Below are positions 33,624 through 37,581 of a DNA stretch of 37,581 bases, one piece after another. The notes beneath the pieces were generated by a model that saw nothing but the letters and a program-made list of their open reading frames with translations, did not search any database and was not told where the DNA came from. The translations under genes were made by a program, and so were the position numbers. The first letter of the stretch is position 1, and every line of letters begins with the position of its first letter. The stretch lies in contig JANXXR010000364.1 in the NCBI GenBank assembly GCA_025350525.1, forward strand, positions 1 through 37,581, in the 5' to 3' direction. This DNA comes from Deltaproteobacteria bacterium (lineage in GTDB: Bacteria; Myxococcota; Myxococcia; Myxococcales; 40CM-4-68-19).

Positions 33624-35413
33624 TCAGGCTTTATGCTACGAGCCCATCGATGCTGACGCAGGCCGGGCGCCGGGGCGCAGTCCTCGTGATGGCGGCAGCG
33701 ATTGCGTATATTCCGGCATTGCGGGGCGGGTTCGTCTTCGATGATCACATGATTATCGAGGGCGGCCGCCTTCTTCGCGGTCCGCTCTGGCGAGTCTGGC
33801 TGACGACCACTACGGCCGACTACTGGCCGCTGACGCGGACGTGCTTCTGGGTGCAATGGCGCGTGTGGGGATTGCATGCGTGGGGTTACCACGCTGTCAA
33901 CATCCTGCTGCACATCGCCGCCGCGATCCTCGTTTGGCGCGTGCTCCGGCGCCTTCATATGCCGGGCGCATGGATCGCCGGGCTTCTCTTCGCGGTTCAT
34001 CCCGCCACGGTCGAATCGGTCGCCTGGATTTCAGAGACCAAGAACACGCTCTCTGGCGTACTTTTCTTGGGGTCGATCCTGGCCTGGATCCGGTTCGACG
34101 AGGAAGGTGACCGGCGTTCGTACGCAATCTCGTTGTCGCTCTTTGCGCTCGCCGCACTCGCCAAGGCCTCCGTCGTCATGTTGCCGCTCGTTCTCCTTGG
34201 TGTCGCGCTCGCCCAACGCGGCCGGCTCAGGCGGAGGGACTACGAGACCACCGCCCCCTTCTTCGCCGTGGCGCTGGTTGCCGGCTTCGTCAACCTCTGG
34301 TTTCAGCGTCACAACGCGATGGCGGGTGGCTGGGCAGTGTCTCGTGGCGTTGGGCAGCGGGTCGGCGAATCGGCCTGGGCGCTGACGACGTATCTGCGGA
34401 ATGCATTCATCCCTGTCCGTCTGGGATTCGTCCACGAGCCGTGGACGGTCGGACCGGACTCCCCATTGCTTTTCTATGCGCCGCTCCTGGCGATGGCGGC
34501 GGCGCTGGCGCTCCTGGTCACGCTGCGCGCGCGTTCCCGGCTCGCTCGCGCCGCGCTGTACGCGACCGGCTATCCCGTGCTGATGTTGCTTCCGGTGCTG
34601 GGTGTTCTGGATATCGCCTATTTCAGCGTCGGGCCGGTTTCGAACCACCTCCAGTATCTGGCGCTGATCGGGCCGGTTGCGCTGCTGGGGACTGGGATGG
34701 CCTGGATCACGGAGCGCGAACTCGTCACCGCGACTGTCGCAGTGGCGGTGGCGGTCGCGCTTGGAGTGGTGACCTTCCAGCGCGCCACGGAATTCGAGAA
34801 TGACCTGACGCTCTGGACCGGTGCCGTCCGCGCTGCGCCCGGCAGCGCCTATGCGCATAACCAGCTCGCCAGTATTGATCAGGAGCGTGGCAATCGGGCG
34901 GGGGCCCTCGACGAACTGCTCGCGACTGCGCGCCTCTCCAGCGCCCCCGCCGACCACCACCGCTACATGGGCTTGTGGTTTCTCTTCTCCGACCGGCCGA
35001 GCGAAGCGATCGATGAGGCGCGGGAAGTCCTGCGCACCGCTCGGGATCCAGAGGCCCGCCGCGACGCAGCGTGGGTGCTGACGCAGACCGGGCAACATGC
35101 GGAGACGTTGCCCGTCTTCCGTTCGCTTGTCAGCGAGGCGCCGAACGGCTCGGACTACACGTATTGGCTCGGCGCAGTGCTCGCGCGCGAGGAAAAGATT
35201 CCGGAGGCGGCTGAGGTGCTCCGAGGCTTTTGCCGCGTGCGCCCAGGCGACCCGCAGATGGAGGAAGCCTTGGCGATCCTGCTCGTGCGCTTGGGATTCG
35301 TTGACGAGGCTCCTCAGCACGCCGGAGCCGCGGCCGGCGTGACGGCTCGAGATCCTCGTGCGGCGGCGCAACTGGCGGCTTGGATCCAGAAGGCGGGGAT
35401 GCCGCCCTTGTAG
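33620..35413 (+). CDS. TMTC/PMT-like GT-C membrane protein with C-terminal TPR repeats (intact paralogue)
   Basis: GTG 33620 overlaps the previous stop (GTGA). N-terminus ...AIAYIPALRGGFVFDDHMII carries the FVFDD loop-1 motif. About 10 TM segments, then TPR-like helices. Confidence 0.8.
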   Translation: MIRLYATSPSMLTQAGRRGAVLVMAAAIAYIPALRGGFVFDDHMIIEGGRLLRGPLWRVWLTTTTADYWPLTRTCFWVQWRVWGLHAWGYHAVNILLHIAAAILVWRVLRRLHMPGAWIAGLLFAVHPATVESVAWISETKNTLSGVLFLGSILAWIRFDEEGDRRSYAISLSLFALAALAKASVVMLPLVLLGVALAQRGRLRRRDYETTAPFFAVALVAGFVNLWFQRHNAMAGGWAVSRGVGQRVGESAWALTTYLRNAFIPVRLGFVHEPWTVGPDSPLLFYAPLLAMAAALALLVTLRARSRLARAALYATGYPVLMLLPVLGVLDIAYFSVGPVSNHLQYLALIGPVALLGTGMAWITERELVTATVAVAVAVALGVVTFQRATEFENDLTLWTGAVRAAPGSAYAHNQLASIDQERGNRAGALDELLATARLSSAPADHHRYMGLWFLFSDRPSEAIDEAREVLRTARDPEARRDAAWVLTQTGQHAETLPVFRSLVSEAPNGSDYTYWLGAVLAREEKIPEAAEVLRGFCRVRPGDPQMEEALAILLVRLGFVDEAPQHAGAAAGVTARDPRAAAQLAAWIQKAGMPPL

Positions 35414-35421
35414 AGTGGCTG

Positions 35422-36027
35422 TCAGGTGTCCCAGGCGCTGACCGGCAGTGGGCCCGCGCGGCTGCGCAGCCATCCGACCGTGAGCAGCCAGGTCCGCGGC
35501 TGGACCAGCGGCGCCGAGGAAGCGCAGGCGTCCGTCTGCGGCTGCAGCCGGCCGTGAAGCATCCGGTTGTCGAGCACATAGCGGACGGCCCGCCGCACTT
35601 CCGCCGGCGTCTTCAGCTCGCGGGCGAAGTAGTGGTCGGCGAAGACGCGGCCCTTGCGGCCCACGGCGCGGTTCGCCGCCCGCGCGATGCGGACCGCCAG
35701 TCCCTGCATCCCGCGCGAGAGCGCGATCTTATCCACCGCCTCGACCACCAGGTGCAGGTGATTGCCCTGAACCGAGAAGTGGACGAGCCGGAACCCCGCT
35801 CGTGCCGCGCCCTCGGCCAACGCCGTCCGCACCGCGCGAAAGACCTGCCCACGGCGCAGGACGGGAGCGTTCGGCCGCGCCCGCATCACCACATGCAGCG
35901 GAAAGCGTGGCGCATGTTCAGGACGGCGCTTGTGGGAGACCAGCCGCCGGGGCGCGCGTCGCTTGCGTCCAGCGCCGGCGCGCTTCCCGCCCCAAGTAGG
36001 CAATTCGAGCTGGACCGGCGTTGCCAT
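35422..36027 (-). CDS. IS200/IS605-type Y1 (HUH) transposase, RAYT-like
   Basis: FRLVHFSVQGNHLHLVVEA (HUH motif) and AVRYVLDNRMLH (catalytic Tyr region). Start placed at ATG 36027 (MATPVQLELPTWGGKRAG); the track ORF begins at a TTG 13 codons upstream. Confidence 0.8.
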   Translation of the reverse strand: MATPVQLELPTWGGKRAGAGRKRRAPRRLVSHKRRPEHAPRFPLHVVMRARPNAPVLRRGQVFRAVRTALAEGAARAGFRLVHFSVQGNHLHLVVEAVDKIALSRGMQGLAVRIARAANRAVGRKGRVFADHYFARELKTPAEVRRAVRYVLDNRMLHGRLQPQTDACASSAPLVQPRTWLLTVGWLRSRAGPLPVSAWDT

Positions 36028-36038
36028 CTTGATTGGGG

Positions 36039-36066
36039 ATTGTAATGCCTCGCAGGCGATTGTCAA
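36039..36066 (-). promoter_or_regulatory. near-consensus sigma70 promoter for the transposase gene
   Basis: The minus strand reads TTGACA-N16-TACAAT, and the -10 box ends 11 nt before ATG 36027. This implies a near-leaderless mRNA. The AT-rich boxes stand out in this GC-rich DNA. Confidence 0.4.
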
Positions 36067-36370
36067 CCGTCTTAGCGGGTACGAGCTTCAGGCGGGGAGA
36101 GGGAGTGAGTGCGTCAGTGAATGGGCGGCGGCTGCCCGACTGGGCCGGCGCTCAGCGCAAGGCCGTGCCACAGCTCGCACAACCTTCGGCGCACGCCGCA
36201 CGGTAGGCGCCACGCCTCGGAGAAATCGCCCTCATTATGGAAAGCGAGGGCGCGCATCCAGTGCACGTCCGTTGGGATCATCCGGCTTGATGGCGAGGAG
36301 CAGGCGCGATGGCTTCCGAGACGTCCGCGTTGGAGAGAATGTCGCCGTCGAGCTGTTTGCAGTACGGCAC

Positions 36371-36496
36371 CAGATCTGCATTGACGCGGAGGGCAACACC
36401 TTAGTGGCCGACCGCGGGAACAACCGCCTGCAGGCGTTCGCGCCGCAGTCGAGCGGCCCTGCGACTCAGGTCCGCAGCAACAGCCAGGCCCCCTGA
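36371..36496 (+). pseudogene. 3' fragment of an NHL-repeat gene (last blade only)
   Basis: It translates to QICIDAEGNTLVADRGNNRLQAFAPQSS...; compare QICIDLQGDIFVADRGNNRLQAFAPAK at the end of the 31117 gene. In my ungapped hand alignment, 64 of 78 nt are identical between 36371..36448 and 31915..31992. No propeller-length ORF lies upstream. Confidence 0.6.
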
Positions 36497-36538
36497 CCCG
36501 AGGGTCTGGCTCCGTGTCGCTCACCCAGGAGATGAACC

Positions 36539-37021
36539 ATGCGCTCGCTCATTCTCGTCAGCTTCCTTGCCGCCGGCTGTGGCGGTTCCGCCCTTTCGCA
36601 GCGGATCGCCGACTACCGTGCCACCGCCAACTCGCTCGAGGTGGTGGTGGATGCCCACGCAAGCTCTGCGCCGGCGGCAAACCCGGCGACCTGCATGGCC
36701 GTCATGGCGGACTACGCGCACCAGGCGGGCGGTCTGGTCGATCGGATGCAGTCGATGAGTGGAGGCATGGATCAGTGCATGACCTCGCTGGGCGGAGCAG
36801 GCCGGGCCGACTTTGCCGCCGGCTGCGCGGCCATGCGGATCGAGCTCGACGCGCACGTGAAGAACGGCTGCTCCGCGGCGGACCTTGCGGCCGAGATGGC
36901 CCGGCACGCCGGCGCGATGAAGGGGCGCAACCAATCCGAGCTGGACCGGATGGGGCAGATGGAAGGCATGGAGAACGGAATGAGCGCGTCGATGATGAGC
37001 GGCATGCAGGGCTGCCACTGA
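36539..37021 (+). CDS. Met-rich lipoprotein, likely periplasmic metal (Cu) binding
   Basis: Lipobox LVSFLAAGC. The C-terminal part is MGQMEGMENGMSASMMSGMQGCH, with further Met/Cys/His scattered through the protein. Convergent with a heavy-metal P-type ATPase. Confidence 0.6.
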   Translation: MRSLILVSFLAAGCGGSALSQRIADYRATANSLEVVVDAHASSAPAANPATCMAVMADYAHQAGGLVDRMQSMSGGMDQCMTSLGGAGRADFAAGCAAMRIELDAHVKNGCSAADLAAEMARHAGAMKGRNQSELDRMGQMEGMENGMSASMMSGMQGCH

Positions 37022-37032
37022 ACACCTTGCGG

Positions 37033-37581
37033 CTACATCCGGGCGTGCCGCAGGCGTAGGGCGTTGGCGATCACCGTCACCGAGCTGAAGCTCATCGCCG
37101 CGCTCGCGATCATCGGGCTCAGGAGCAGGCCGAAAACAGGGTAGAGCACTCCCGCCGCGACCGGCACGCCCAGCACGTTGTACGCAAATGCCCAGAACAG
37201 ATTTTGCCGGATATTGCGCAGCGTCGCCTGGCTCAGGCGCCGGGCGCGCACGATGCCGAGCAGGTCACCCTTCACGAGCGTGATGCCGGCGCTCTCCATC
37301 GCCACGTCGGTGCCGGTGCCCATGGCAATCCCGACGTGCGCGGCGGCGAGGGCGGGGGCATCGTTGATGCCGTCGCCAGCCATCGCGACGATCCGGCCTT
37401 GGGCGCGCAACTGCGTCACCAGCTCACTCTTCTGGGCGGGCAGCACCTCGGCGCGGAAGTCGTCGATGCCAAGCTTCGCCGCCACCGCCCGCGCAGTGGT
37501 GGCGCTGTCGCCGGTGGCCATCACCACGCGGATGCCCGCTTCCCGCAGCGCCCGCAGCGCCTCGACCGTCGAGCTCCGGAT
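37033..37581 (-). CDS. heavy-metal translocating P-type (P1B) ATPase, C-terminal 182 codons (partial, continues past window end)
   Basis: [25 protein letters not shown] (hinge GDGxNDxP), [15 protein letters not shown], then the last two TM helices. The frame is open to 37581. Confidence 0.88.
   Translation of the reverse strand: MRSSTVEALRALREAGIRVVMATGDSATTARAVAAKLGIDDFRAEVLPAQKSELVTQLRAQGRIVAMAGDGINDAPALAAAHVGIAMGTGTDVAMESAGITLVKGDLLGIVRARRLSQATLRNIRQNLFWAFAYNVLGVPVAAGVLYPVFGLLLSPMIASAAMSFSSVTVIANALRLRHARM

Noticed and set aside
34031-35473. 480-aa minus-strand ORF antisense to the second GT-C/TPR gene
   Set aside because: Arg/Gly/Pro-rich with no motifs. The opposite strand encodes a coherent multi-TM plus TPR protein.
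36114-36524. 136-aa minus-strand ORF (and 36121..36384 +) in the region between the transposase and the Met-rich lipoprotein gene
   Set aside because: No start context and mostly low-complexity translation. A short TPR-like stretch (HWMRALAFHNEGDFSEAWRL) is too weak to call. The region looks like degraded remnants.

Overview
Very GC-rich (by eye about 70%, not computed), densely coding bacterial chromosomal window. The gene content resembles a metal-respiring deltaproteobacterial or Myxococcota-type organism, but taxonomy cannot be proven from the sequence. Most of the long ORFs in the six-frame track are out-of-frame or antisense artefacts of GC-rich coding DNA.

Layout:
(1) 1-8.4 kb, minus strand. 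One co-directional, largely start/stop-overlapping array: hypF-hypD-hypE-hypA-hypB, a universal stress protein, then monoheme cytochrome c, a Rieske protein, cytochrome b and one more exported protein. No hypC and no hydrogenase structural genes are visible.
(2) 8.6-14.8 kb. A DksA/TraR zinc-finger gene, then a minus-strand set: a degenerate HemC-like gene, an exported TolB-N/LpoB-like protein, a tandem OB-fold lipoprotein, and a 1054-aa lipoprotein with tandem 8-Cys repeats and a C-terminal FN3-like domain.
(3) 14.9-35.4 kb, the most interesting part. A sensor kinase (CXXCH heme motif in its periplasmic domain) and an NtrC-type sigma54 activator sit beside a plus-strand cluster. The cluster carries at least three sigma54-type promoters and encodes: an NHL propeller, a hexaheme cytochrome, a YVTN propeller lipoprotein, a 720-aa outer-membrane barrel with an inserted discoidin-like module, two TolB-N/LpoB-like lipoproteins, a SurA-like chaperone, a 26-heme and a 16-heme cytochrome, a second NHL propeller, and two TMTC/PMT-like GT-C+TPR membrane proteins. 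The first GT-C gene is interrupted by an in-frame TGA.
(4) 35.4-37.6 kb. An IS200/RAYT-type Y1 transposase, a fragment of an NHL gene, a Met-rich lipoprotein, and the 3' end of a heavy-metal P-type ATPase.

I saw no rRNA, tRNA or CRISPR array.
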